IMG/VR virus record: IMGVR_UViG_3300037851_000117
Coordinates: 1-32,179 of that record
Length of the DNA: 32,179 bases
Strand: one strand, 5' to 3'
Source of the DNA: a virus
Taxonomy: Duplodnaviria > Caudoviricetes
The notes under the pieces were generated by a model. It made no database searches, had not been told where the DNA came from, and worked only from the letters and a program-made list of their open reading frames with translations. The translations under genes were made by a program, and so were the position numbers. Positions 7,196-16,486 of the stretch are shown here, piece by piece; position 1 is the first letter of the stretch; each line of letters begins with the position of its first letter.

Positions 7196-8905
7196 CTAGC
7201 CCGTCGCCGTCAGGAAGCGCGGCCGGTACGAGTACGTGACGGTGGCCCCGCCTATGGACTCGTCGGCCTGGCAGACTCCCAACACGACACGGTTGGTCAC
7301 GCCGGGCTTGAGGCGCAGCGGCTTGCGGATCTCGCACTTGTCATAGATCGCGGGTCCGATGCCGTCCGCGTCGGCGACGTACGGGGTGTCAGTGTCGCCG
7401 TCATAGAACAGCCCGAGGGTCCCGGCGGCCGTGATGCGGTAGACAAGGGCCGCGAAGTCGACGGGGATGCGCTGCACGTAGTCGAGCGCGATGGTCTTGG
7501 AGGATTCGGAGCACGCGGCCTGGATGGGGTTCGTGGTGTTGAAGCCGAGGGGGAGCTTGGTGTAGAGCTTGAAGTACAGGTCGTCTCCTGTGACGGCGGT
7601 GTTGGAGTCGGAAAGCTCCTCGCCTCCGGCGAATCCGCCTGTGCTGTTCTTGCGCCACCTCGTGGTGAGGGCCGTGGTGCCGGTCGCGGGGCGGACCTTG
7701 AGCGCATAGGTCGCGGCGCTCGGGGCGGTCCAGTCGAGGCCGAACGAGTACTCGGTGTTCGATGCCGAGACGGACTTGATCGCCGAGGAGCAGAGCACAC
7801 CACCCGTGGCGAGCCCCGAGTCGGTTGCATAGACCTCGACGTATGCTCCTCCGGCCGAGGTGAGCGTGCCCGTCTTGAACACGGCCTTCGTGAGCTTCTC
7901 GCCCGCCGCCAGCCCCACAGTCTGATACGCGGTCAGTCCCACGGTGTCCGCATCCTCGGTGGTCTGCGAGTACGCGAGCGTCTCCGCCGCATAGCCGCTT
8001 CCCGTATCGAGGTCGGGCACCTGCCCTGCCGGGATCTGTATGGTCCCCATCTCATAGCCGATGAGGGCGTTGGAGGAGAACGTCACCGTGGATTCCGACA
8101 CCGTGACCGAATCGGCTATGGCGTTGCCCGTCGTGATGGTCTGCACCCGCGCGGTGTTCGATGACGCTGTCGTGGCGGTGGAGTCCATGCGCGCGAGGAC
8201 CAGGTGTCGGCCCCGGTTGTCGTTCGTGTCGATGTTCGGCGCCGTGCCGATCTCGTTTCCCGCGAGCGAGGAGTCCACGACCTCGCCGACCTTGTAGCCG
8301 CCGACCGCGTTGGCGTCCGAGGTGTCGCTGCTCGTGCCGTAGTCGTCGACGTAGTCGTACGATGCGCCAGGCTCGGGCTTGACGCCGATCGCGGCGACCG
8401 TGCCCTGGTCCGCGAAGACGGCCCGCAGGCGCACGAGCGCGTCGACCTCGCCCGTGGGGGTCACGTCGAAGTGCCCGGGGACTTCCGACACCGTGGGGGT
8501 CACGTCGTCGGTCCAGGCTCCGAGCCAGTACGGGTCGGTCAGTATCGAGAGCGTGAGGTATGTGTTGAAGTTCGCCGTCCCGCTCCGGCGCAAGGGGTCG
8601 TAGTTGTCCTCGACGACCGATGCCTCTCGGATACGGCACTCCAGGATGTCCCCGACAAGCCCCGGCCGGAAGTGCAGCCGCTCGTCACGGACGCACTGAC
8701 GCCGAAGCGCGGCGATGTTGGACGACAGCTCGGCGGCGGTCGATCCCTCGACGCGCAGGGTGAGCTCGCGCTTGGCTGGCCTGTGCCCACCGCAACCATC
8801 GGGGTCGGGCTCTGGGAACGACATACTCGTCACGTGATAGTCGCTAGAGCCGTCGCCAGGCTCGATGACACAATCGCCCACAGCGAGATAGAACGGCGCG
8901 TCCAT
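7196..8905 (-). CDS. Distal tail (Dit-like) protein with large insertion
   Basis: First gene after the tape measure. RELTLRV, LSILTDPYW and LKPGVTN...VTYSYRPRF resemble Dit motifs. 569 aa. Confidence 0.65.
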   Translation of the reverse strand: MDAPFYLAVGDCVIEPGDGSSDYHVTSMSFPEPDPDGCGGHRPAKRELTLRVEGSTAAELSSNIAALRRQCVRDERLHFRPGLVGDILECRIREASVVEDNYDPLRRSGTANFNTYLTLSILTDPYWLGAWTDDVTPTVSEVPGHFDVTPTGEVDALVRLRAVFADQGTVAAIGVKPEPGASYDYVDDYGTSSDTSDANAVGGYKVGEVVDSSLAGNEIGTAPNIDTNDNRGRHLVLARMDSTATTASSNTARVQTITTGNAIADSVTVSESTVTFSSNALIGYEMGTIQIPAGQVPDLDTGSGYAAETLAYSQTTEDADTVGLTAYQTVGLAAGEKLTKAVFKTGTLTSAGGAYVEVYATDSGLATGGVLCSSAIKSVSASNTEYSFGLDWTAPSAATYALKVRPATGTTALTTRWRKNSTGGFAGGEELSDSNTAVTGDDLYFKLYTKLPLGFNTTNPIQAACSESSKTIALDYVQRIPVDFAALVYRITAAGTLGLFYDGDTDTPYVADADGIGPAIYDKCEIRKPLRLKPGVTNRVVLGVCQADESIGGATVTYSYRPRFLTATG

Positions 8906-8906
8906 G

Positions 8907-10514
8907 CTAGACCCTTCCGAGAGCGAACGATGACCGGACGGTACGTCTGAGCACTTCCTCGACGGCCGCAGCGATGGCCTGCGGTGAGGCGTTGGAGCCG
9001 CCGACGTTCACGGTGATCGAGGGCGCGACGGTGGCGCCCGACGAGACGCCCAAGGCTCGCGCGGTCTTGTCGAGGATGTCTACAGAGCGGGAGCGCAGCG
9101 CGGGGTCCCACGAGATCACGCTCTCCGGGTAGCCGCCTTCCGCCAGCCACGAGAGCTGCGGCCGTGTCACGATGTCGCCCCTCGCGTTCCCGCCTGCGAT
9201 TATGCCTGCGGCCCCCGCTGCTTCCTGGATACCGTAGATACCCGCCCCTACTTGCGTGAACTTGGCCCACCACGGTTTGATGCGGTTGGACTCGCGGAAG
9301 AACTCGGTGAGATTGTCCACTTCCCCGGCGAGCCTGGCGATCTCGTCTCCTGAGCGCTTCACTGCCGGGATTTGGTTGATGAGGTTGCCTGTCGTGACGC
9401 CGACCGCGAGAGCGAGGCCTACGTATCCCGCCTGTGCGAGCCTCGTGCTTGCCGCGAGTGTCGTACCGCTGGCCGCTGCTGCATTCTCGGCCGCGATGAC
9501 CTTGCCGAGTGAGATGACCAGGCGCCCCGATATCTCGATCAGCGACCCTGTGAGGGTTATCACGCGACCGGTGACTGATGCCACGGGGCCGATGGCCGCT
9601 GCGACGAGACCGAAACCGATGACGGTCTTTTGCTGTTCCGGGGAGAGCGCGGCGAATCGCTCTGTTAATCCTGCGACCATAGTCATGAGATCAGCAGCTA
9701 CGGGGAGTAGGTTCTCGCCCATCGTCGCCGCGGCATCTTCCATCTGTGCTCGCACCACGCGGGTCTGGTTCGCCAGCCCGTCCGACGTCCGTGCAAAGTC
9801 TCCCTGGGCCTTGCCTGTCTGCTCGAGGATGACCGCATATGCGGCCTGTGCTTTCTGGTTGGCAGTGAGCAGCCCTGTCCCCTCATAGATCCCAAGGTTC
9901 AGGGCCTTTTGCTTGAGCGTGGCGTCGTTGAGGTTCACCCCGAAACGCTTGAGGGGTTCGGTCTCCCCCGAAAGACCGGAGCGGATCGCCAGCAGGACCT
10001 CTTCGGGGCTCGCGTTGTTGAAGCTCGCCATGTCTGCGGCGAGCTGCACCATCGTCGTCGACATATCCGCGGCCTGCTCCTCGGCGAGTCCGGTCGCGGT
10101 GAGCAGGTTACCGAAAGTACCAGCCGCCTCGAGCGCTGCCCTCTCGCTCATGCCGAGCGCGCGCGCTCCTTGCTTGGCGAACTCCTTTACGCTGTCGGCG
10201 GCGTCCTCGAACACCACATCGACCTTATTGGTCGACTCCTCGACGTCTGATGCCCACTTGACAGCCACCACAGCCGCGGCGGCTATCGGCAGAGAAATGT
10301 CGCGGGTCATCGAGTCACCGAGCGACGAGACCTTTCGGCCGACCTGCTCGAGCTTGCGCCCGTAGACGACCACCTCGCGGCCGGTACGTACCCAACCGCC
10401 CGCCATCGAGTCGGTGCTCGCCAGGGTGTTCTCGGCAAGGCGCTGCATACGCTTCTCTGCGGCTATGACCCCTGCGGGGTTGAAGGTTGAGAGGATGTTG
10501 ATCTTGACGGCCAT
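8907..10514 (-). CDS. Tape measure protein (535 aa)
   Basis: Ala-rich helical protein with LAADMASFNN, GETEPLKRFGV and QGDFARTSDGLANQ motifs. Follows the tail chaperones. Confidence 0.9.
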   Translation of the reverse strand: MAVKINILSTFNPAGVIAAEKRMQRLAENTLASTDSMAGGWVRTGREVVVYGRKLEQVGRKVSSLGDSMTRDISLPIAAAAVVAVKWASDVEESTNKVDVVFEDAADSVKEFAKQGARALGMSERAALEAAGTFGNLLTATGLAEEQAADMSTTMVQLAADMASFNNASPEEVLLAIRSGLSGETEPLKRFGVNLNDATLKQKALNLGIYEGTGLLTANQKAQAAYAVILEQTGKAQGDFARTSDGLANQTRVVRAQMEDAAATMGENLLPVAADLMTMVAGLTERFAALSPEQQKTVIGFGLVAAAIGPVASVTGRVITLTGSLIEISGRLVISLGKVIAAENAAAASGTTLAASTRLAQAGYVGLALAVGVTTGNLINQIPAVKRSGDEIARLAGEVDNLTEFFRESNRIKPWWAKFTQVGAGIYGIQEAAGAAGIIAGGNARGDIVTRPQLSWLAEGGYPESVISWDPALRSRSVDILDKTARALGVSSGATVAPSITVNVGGSNASPQAIAAAVEEVLRRTVRSSFALGRV

Positions 10515-10518
10515 TAGC

Positions 10519-11007
10519 TCACCTGTCTAGGCGTCGCTGGAGCGTGTCTTGAGCCTTGTTCAGCTCCGATAGTATGTCGGCGTTCACAGCAGGAGCCTCG
10601 GCATCATAGGCGGCCCACAGGAAGCGACCAGGGCTTCCGAAACGGCTCTCGAACGAAGCGATCGCGGCTTTGGCTTGGGGCTTCTTGCTTGTGGCCGCGA
10701 ACTCGAAGATGACCGCCCTTGTCTCCGGTGCCGACCAGTCGTTCTTGCTGGCCCGAGGCCCTGGCATCGCCACGAGCGAGGCGCCCACGGACCGCCCTGT
10801 CGGGCGCACGGCGATCGAGTGCTTGGCCTTGTGCGACATCTTGGCGCGGACGCTGACTTTTCGCATTGAGTCGCGCAGCGAGACGCGCAATCTCTCATAG
10901 ACGTCAGGCTCGAAGGTCTTGAGCGCCACGAGAAGGTCGGATAGGCCGTCGAACTGTATCCCGACCGCGACCCCGTCCATGTCCTCGATTTTGCGCAGCT
11001 GCATCAA
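10519..11007 (-). CDS. HK97 gp10-like tail completion protein
   Basis: IQFDGLSDLLVAL...IFEF...PGRFLWAAYD, basic composition. Confidence 0.55.
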   Translation of the reverse strand: MMQLRKIEDMDGVAVGIQFDGLSDLLVALKTFEPDVYERLRVSLRDSMRKVSVRAKMSHKAKHSIAVRPTGRSVGASLVAMPGPRASKNDWSAPETRAVIFEFAATSKKPQAKAAIASFESRFGSPGRFLWAAYDAEAPAVNADILSELNKAQDTLQRRLDR

Positions 11008-11204
11008 CGTCTCCCGAACCTACGTCGCGCATCGGCCAGGAGCTGCTGCCTCTTCGCTTCCCTGCTGGCTACGTCCGTGGCCTGGGACCTGATCTCGACC
11101 ATCTCGTGCAGCACATCGAACACCTCGGGCCATTCATGGTTCATTCCAAGCAGGTCGAGCAAGTCACCCACGGGCTGGCCGGTTCCGACAGCGACGGTCG
11201 CCAC
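11004..11204 (-). CDS. Tail assembly chaperone C-terminal extension (reached by -1 frameshift)
   Basis: The -1 frame from GGGGGAA at 11231-11225 is open and continues into this ORF. Confidence 0.65.
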   Translation of the reverse strand: MATVAVGTGQPVGDLLDLLGMNHEWPEVFDVLHEMVEIRSQATDVASREAKRQQLLADARRRFGRR

Positions 11205-11491
11205 TAGGCGAGCGTCGTCCCATCTTCCCCCAGGCCATCACCCTCGTCGTCATCCTCGACTGCATCGAAGATCGCAACGGTCTCGTGCCAGCTCAACCAG
11301 TCCCCGTTCGGGTCAGCGAGCCCAGCGCGGCATGCGGCGTACCATAGCATGAGGCTCAAGACCTCACCGATCTCTGCGTCAATCCCGAGGTCCCTCCTGG
11401 CCCTAAGCTTGTCGGCCGATGACACTTCGACGATGGCCTCTGTATCGTCCATGAACAGAATGGCGATGCTTGTCTTTGAGAGCTTCCTCAT
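11204..11491 (-). CDS. Tail assembly chaperone
   Basis: Directly after the tail tube gene. Acidic C-terminus with a slippery site. Confidence 0.75.
   Translation of the reverse strand: MRKLSKTSIAILFMDDTEAIVEVSSADKLRARRDLGIDAEIGEVLSLMLWYAACRAGLADPNGDWLSWHETVAIFDAVEDDDEGDGLGEDGTTLA
11225..11231 (-). other. -1 programmed frameshift slippery site GGGGGAA
   Basis: CTG GGG GAA GAT near the end of the chaperone gene. The same heptamer type is used in actinophage tail chaperones. Confidence 0.65.
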
Positions 11492-11511
11492 GGCCTAACC
11501 CCCTGATTCTC

Positions 11512-12504
11512 CTAGTAGCTTGCAGTCGCGTTGACAAGTGTGGCGACAATGGTCCCGTCGGTGCCGTCGTTGAGGATACGGCCTGCGAGCTCGACCTCGG
11601 CCGCTCCGCCCCCAGCCTCGGCTTGGGGCAGGTCGCACATGTAGGCGACCCTGGACGCCGCGAGCGTGAGCTGGTGAGCGGTGACGCCGCCTTGTGACTT
11701 GAAGGCGTGCTCGAAGCTGCCATAGACGGGCGAGGCCGCAACACCCGAGCCGCTCGACGTTCCGGTGATGATGGTGCGCCACTCATCGATGTCGGCCGGG
11801 ACGACCGTGAACGCGCACTCGGCGACGTGCCAGCCCGGATCGACCGCGCCAGCCGTGATGGTCCCGGAGTAGAACTGCGCCTCCAGGTTGTTGGTGATCG
11901 TGATGCTGCCGCCCTTAAGGAGCGCGGTCGCGGGCGTCGCGGAGTCCACATCGAGCTTGAACGTCCCGCCCGCAGGGATGAAGTTAGTGGTGAGGCTCGT
12001 CTCGTCAAGCACCGAGGCGGTGTCTGACGCGCCGAACGACAGCGCGCGACCCTTGAACCCGGCGGTCACCCGGAGCGGCCCGTTGCCCTCCCACGCGAAC
12101 ACCAGGCTGTCTATCTTCGCTCCTGCCACCCGGGGGACGTCGATCCCTGCGCCGTCGACGACGGACTCGAACACCGTGAAGCTCTGGAGGGTGTCGGCGA
12201 GCTTGAACGTGTGGGTGTACGGGCCTGTACCGGTGACGGACTTGTCGCCGAGCGCGCCCCACAGCAGCTTCCCGATAGACGCGAGGTTGGCGCGGCAGGT
12301 GAACTCGGCGCCGCACTCTGCATCACCTCGGTGCACGGACGACGATGAGCGCTCGCCGCTGGTGAGATCGTCGGGTTCCTGTGACGGCGCCACCGTCACG
12401 CCGCCGTCCTCGAGACCGAACAGATATTGGGGTGCGGAGACCGCCGTCCCCTCGGTGGTTTCGGAAGCTATTCCAAGCCGGATAGAGCCTTTCTGCACGG
12501 CCAT
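11512..12504 (-). CDS. Major tail tube protein
   Basis: LGIASETTEGTAV, GPYTHTF, GAKIDSLVF. Position before the chaperones. Confidence 0.85.
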   Translation of the reverse strand: MAVQKGSIRLGIASETTEGTAVSAPQYLFGLEDGGVTVAPSQEPDDLTSGERSSSSVHRGDAECGAEFTCRANLASIGKLLWGALGDKSVTGTGPYTHTFKLADTLQSFTVFESVVDGAGIDVPRVAGAKIDSLVFAWEGNGPLRVTAGFKGRALSFGASDTASVLDETSLTTNFIPAGGTFKLDVDSATPATALLKGGSITITNNLEAQFYSGTITAGAVDPGWHVAECAFTVVPADIDEWRTIITGTSSGSGVAASPVYGSFEHAFKSQGGVTAHQLTLAASRVAYMCDLPQAEAGGGAAEVELAGRILNDGTDGTIVATLVNATASY

Positions 12505-12537
12505 CAGTCTGTCCCTTCATCCGTGGTGCCTGGGGAC

Positions 12538-12556
12538 AGGATGCTGTGCGCGTCAC
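12538..12556 (-). promoter_or_regulatory. Putative late promoter motif GTGAC-N9-ATCCT (before tail tube)
   Basis: Intergenic copy directly after the upstream stop. Confidence 0.6.
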
Positions 12557-12557
12557 T

Positions 12558-12974
12558 CTAGACGATGGCGTCCGCCGTGACCGTGAGGACGATGCCGACG
12601 CTGCGCTGGCGTTCCTCGACCGCTTCGTCGACGCGGATGCTCGTGACGCGTGCGTGGCCGACTACACCGCCCAGGGTCGTGTCGGCGGAGAGCGCGGCTT
12701 CGATGGCGTCCGAGATCGTGAAGGCCGCGTCCCGGGCGTCGGTGTACGTGGAGGTGGCCAGGTCGACCTTGATGCGGACCTCGGCCGTCATGGTCTCGTC
12801 GCGCTGGCCGTAGCCCGACACGCCGTCGGAGAGCTGTATCTCGCCGGCGCCGGAGATCCACACATGCGAGGCCTTCGGGCCGCCTGTGGGCCAGCCGAGC
12901 GACACCGGGGTCGTGGTGGCGCCGTTGACGACCGCATAGAGCGCGTCTTGGAAGTCGGGATAGGCGGTGTTCAT
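12558..12974 (-). CDS. Tail terminator/completion protein
   Basis: 138 aa with IEAALSADTTLGGVV motif, immediately before the tail tube. Confidence 0.7.
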   Translation of the reverse strand: MNTAYPDFQDALYAVVNGATTTPVSLGWPTGGPKASHVWISGAGEIQLSDGVSGYGQRDETMTAEVRIKVDLATSTYTDARDAAFTISDAIEAALSADTTLGGVVGHARVTSIRVDEAVEERQRSVGIVLTVTADAIV

Positions 12975-13829
12975 CTATCCCACCCACGCGGTGTTCTCGC
13001 GGTAGTCCGCGATGATGGCGTCGACCTCGGGGATGCCGGTCCTGCCTCCGGCCCCGGCGATCGAGAGGCGATAGAAGCCGACGTCCGTGCTCTCGGCGGT
13101 GGCTCGAGACCGCAGGTTGTTCTGCAACAGGTACTCCCCGGCAAGGATGAGTCCCGCTTCTTTCACGGGTTCTGGGCAGTCCTCGTGTCCGTGCTCGTAG
13201 AGCACGACATAGACGCTGTCGCCATACCAGACGTCGTTCTCTAGGTAGAGGCCCGTCGCTCGGATCTGCACCTCTGCGATCTCGGCGGCCGTCCACGCGG
13301 TCCCGTCCTCGATGATGGAGCGGATCGCCGTGACCCTCGGCTTGGCCACGCGGAGGTATTGCGATCCGTCGCCATAGAGCGTCTCCCTGTTGCCTCTCGG
13401 CACCATCGCCACGTTCGTAGCGTGCTCGATGCGCTTCTCCACCCACGTCCGGGCGGCCTCGATCGTGGCTGCGGGGTAGTCGGTGGTCGACGCGAACGTC
13501 GAGCCGTTGTGCGAGCGAAGCTCGTGGAGCTCGAAGTGATAGCCGCCCACCAGCTCGAAGCGGGTGTGCCACTCCTGGGCCGTCCCTGCGACCGTGCCGG
13601 TCCATATCGCCTCGTAGGTGTCGAGGTCGGGCAGGTCGTCCACGGAGGCCGCATACGTCATCGTGCCGCCGCTGAGGGTCGCCGCCGTCTCCGCCACGAC
13701 CTCGGTGCCCGCGCTGTCGGTGATGGTCACGGTCGGGGTGCCGGTGATGGTGGCCTCGGTGCCGTCCTCGTCGTACGCCGTTGCGGTGAGGTCGTATGTG
13801 CCTGTGTACCGCTGCCTGATCCGGTCCAT
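12975..13829 (-). CDS. Head-tail adaptor with N-terminal beta-rich extension
   Basis: AARTWVEKRIE...YEHG...PEPVKEAGLIL...TGIPEVDAIIADY resembles gp6/gp15-like connectors. Confidence 0.7.
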   Translation of the reverse strand: MDRIRQRYTGTYDLTATAYDEDGTEATITGTPTVTITDSAGTEVVAETAATLSGGTMTYAASVDDLPDLDTYEAIWTGTVAGTAQEWHTRFELVGGYHFELHELRSHNGSTFASTTDYPAATIEAARTWVEKRIEHATNVAMVPRGNRETLYGDGSQYLRVAKPRVTAIRSIIEDGTAWTAAEIAEVQIRATGLYLENDVWYGDSVYVVLYEHGHEDCPEPVKEAGLILAGEYLLQNNLRSRATAESTDVGFYRLSIAGAGGRTGIPEVDAIIADYRENTAWVG

Positions 13830-14795
13830 CTAGCGCACCTCCAGGGTGAGTGTCGCAGGGGTGTCCCCGGTCGTCTTGAGCGTGTGGTCGCTCTCGCCCG
13901 AGACCGTGAGTGTGAACGGGCCTCGTAGCGGGGCGAGGCTCGCGTTGTCCGCCGTATGCGTGTGGCTCGCGTCCGCCACAACGAGCACGTGGTCTTGCGT
14001 CAGCGTGACCGACTCGCACGTGTGGGCGTGCAGCGCGTCATCGACCGCGAGCCCTATGTCGCCCTCGTAGACGAGGTCCACCTGCTCCGCGAGATGTGCG
14101 TGCAGCGCGTCGGCGGTGATGAGCGCGTGGTGTTGCGTGAGCACCACGGACTCGGCTGTGTGCGCGTGTGAGGTGTCGGCCACCACGAGCAGCACGTCGT
14201 CCTCGGCGATCGTGGCTTCCTCGGCGGTGTGGGTGTGAGCGGCGTCCGCCGTGACGAGGATGTGCGTCTGGACGAGTGTGACGTTCTCGGCCGTGTGGGT
14301 ATGGCTCGCGTCTTGGACCGCGAGCGTGTCGCCGAGGAGCGTCGCTTCCTCTGCCGTGTGGGTGTGGCTCGCGTCTTGCGTGACGAGCGTGTGGGCCGGT
14401 GTGACCTCGACGGTGTACCACGTGTACTGCGCGAGCGTGACCGTCTCGCACGTGTGGGTGTGGGCGGCGTCCGCGACCGTGAGCGGCACTTCGGTGTAGG
14501 CCGCCAGATCGAAGTACTGCGCCTCCGTGACGAGGCCCAGGGTGGCTTCCTCGGCGGTGTGGGTGTGGGCCGCGTCCGCCACGACCAGCGCGTGATCCTG
14601 CGTGAGGGCCACGGCCTCCGCGCCGTGGGTGTGGGCGGCGTCCTGTACCGTGAGTGTACCGGCGCTCACGTAGGCCGCGAGGTCGAAGTGGTGTATCGAG
14701 GTCTGGACGAGGTCGACGTTCTCGCACGTGTGCGTGTGGCTGGCGTCCTGCACGGTCAGCTCGGAGTAGGCCGCGAGGTCGAAGTACTGCGTCAC
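13830..14795 (-). CDS. Repetitive virion fibre-like protein with 11 HxH repeats
   Basis: 11 copies of LxVxDAxHxHTAExxxL and three FDLAAY motifs. Confidence 0.8.
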   Translation of the reverse strand: MTQYFDLAAYSELTVQDASHTHTCENVDLVQTSIHHFDLAAYVSAGTLTVQDAAHTHGAEAVALTQDHALVVADAAHTHTAEEATLGLVTEAQYFDLAAYTEVPLTVADAAHTHTCETVTLAQYTWYTVEVTPAHTLVTQDASHTHTAEEATLLGDTLAVQDASHTHTAENVTLVQTHILVTADAAHTHTAEEATIAEDDVLLVVADTSHAHTAESVVLTQHHALITADALHAHLAEQVDLVYEGDIGLAVDDALHAHTCESVTLTQDHVLVVADASHTHTADNASLAPLRGPFTLTVSGESDHTLKTTGDTPATLTLEVR

Positions 14796-16486
14796 ACCGG
14801 CACCCCCAGGTTGATCGTGAGCGGACCGTCGGTCTCAAGCGGTGCGACCCCGAACTCGAACGTGTCCGTCCCCGCCGAAAGCGTGTCGGGGTCGGTGGTG
14901 AACCTGTCCGCGTGCGTCCCGGCGAGCTTGAGCGCCCCGCCGTCCGTCACCGCTTGCAGCAACCCTGATGTGGTGATGCCGGTAGGAGCTGATGCTCGGA
15001 GTGTGGTGCCGTCTATGGTGAAGTCGCCTGACAGCACAGTGAGGTAGCGGTACGGGTCTGTCTCGTAGCTGTACTTGGTGAGCGTGTTCGCGGTGAGTGT
15101 GGTCGGGTCGAGCCGCTTGAACCCGATGAACGGATTGGACAGCCCTCCGCTTGAGATGGCAGTCCCCACGCAGGTGTAGAACACCAGCCACAGTTCGCCA
15201 GCTATCGACGCCAGGTCGCAGTAGCCAAAGTCCCCTGTAGAGGCCGCGCTTGCCGATGACTCGACCTGCACCGCCGTAGCCCACCCGCTGCCGAGGTTGC
15301 TTATCAGCCCCGACTCCGCGAAGGTCGGGGTCAGCTTGGAGACATAGTGACCGTTCAGTGAGTCGTATGCGGTGGTGCTCCGTCTGCCACCCGCCGCGTA
15401 GATAGACGTGCCGTCCCACTCAAGCGTCCACGGTGCCCTACCGAACCACGTCCCGCCGATGTTCGAGTTTACGGGAGTCTCCCACGTCTGCCCTGAATCC
15501 AGGCTTTGCGTGACGTAGGGTTTCGCGGTCTCCGTGGCGACGTTCGGCCGGATTATGCAGACAAGGTGCTCGGTGGGGAACGTGCCGCCGATCTTGACGA
15601 TGTTGTGTTCCCCGCCGCTCGTGCTCGACGCTTGCCATTGAAGCTCGTGACCGCAGATGCCCCAATGCGTCCAGTTCTCCCCGTCCGTGGTGCGGTAGAC
15701 CCGCATCCAGCGTTCGGTGGTTCTGGTGCCGTTGTAGGCCGACGAGTAGACGGGCATCAGCACGGAACCGTCGGAGAGTCGGAGCGGCTTGCAGTAGGTG
15801 AACAGGAACGGGATAGCCCTGTCCTCCTCGTCGAGCAGCACGGGATAGTCGTTCGTCCACGCAGACCAGTCGATATTGGGCGAATGGCAGGTGCGGAGCT
15901 TGCACTTGGTCGCAGACGCCGCCGCCACGATCTCGTCGTCGTCGTTCATCCAGTAGTGGCCCGCCTCGCCACACGCGAACCCGTCACCTTCCGCTGCCGC
16001 CGCGAAATGCCCGTCCGCCACTTCCAAAAGCGAGTCCTCGAACAGTCCGACATTCGCCGCTTTCTGTGACTTGAACCACCCTGTGAAGGTCACGCCGGGG
16101 TCATGGGCGGGAGTAGCGCCCGCGCCGACCATGAGGTAATCCCCGCGCTTCGACCACAGCGGGAAGCCGACGTAATACTCGCCGTCCTGGACTACCACGC
16201 CCTCGTTCGCGCTCGGGGTGCTGACGTGCTCGGGGTCGTGATACGTGCTGCCACCGGTCGTGACCACACGCACCACGGTATCGTAGTTCGTCCGGGCGGT
16301 GCGGCCTGTGACCTCCATGTGGTCTAAAGTCTGGTCAGTCGATGACCCGTAAGCTCCCGTGGTGGGAAACCACGTCTCGGGGCTGGTCGCTTCGGCCCTG
16401 ACGTAGACCTCGTAGCGCACGAAGTCCCCGCCCACGTAGGGCGTCCACTCCACCGTGAAGCGATCGTTGTAGATGTAGGACGGCAC
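14792..16486 (-). CDS. Sialidase-like/BNR (Asp-box) beta-propeller protein with FN3-like N-terminus
   Basis: Asp-boxes RTTDGENW and QSLDSGQTWE. LSDGSVLMPVY and GDFGYCD motifs. Confidence 0.65.
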   Translation of the reverse strand: MPSYIYNDRFTVEWTPYVGGDFVRYEVYVRAEATSPETWFPTTGAYGSSTDQTLDHMEVTGRTARTNYDTVVRVVTTGGSTYHDPEHVSTPSANEGVVVQDGEYYVGFPLWSKRGDYLMVGAGATPAHDPGVTFTGWFKSQKAANVGLFEDSLLEVADGHFAAAAEGDGFACGEAGHYWMNDDDEIVAAASATKCKLRTCHSPNIDWSAWTNDYPVLLDEEDRAIPFLFTYCKPLRLSDGSVLMPVYSSAYNGTRTTERWMRVYRTTDGENWTHWGICGHELQWQASSTSGGEHNIVKIGGTFPTEHLVCIIRPNVATETAKPYVTQSLDSGQTWETPVNSNIGGTWFGRAPWTLEWDGTSIYAAGGRRSTTAYDSLNGHYVSKLTPTFAESGLISNLGSGWATAVQVESSASAASTGDFGYCDLASIAGELWLVFYTCVGTAISSGGLSNPFIGFKRLDPTTLTANTLTKYSYETDPYRYLTVLSGDFTIDGTTLRASAPTGITTSGLLQAVTDGGALKLAGTHADRFTTDPDTLSAGTDTFEFGVAPLETDGPLTINLGVPV

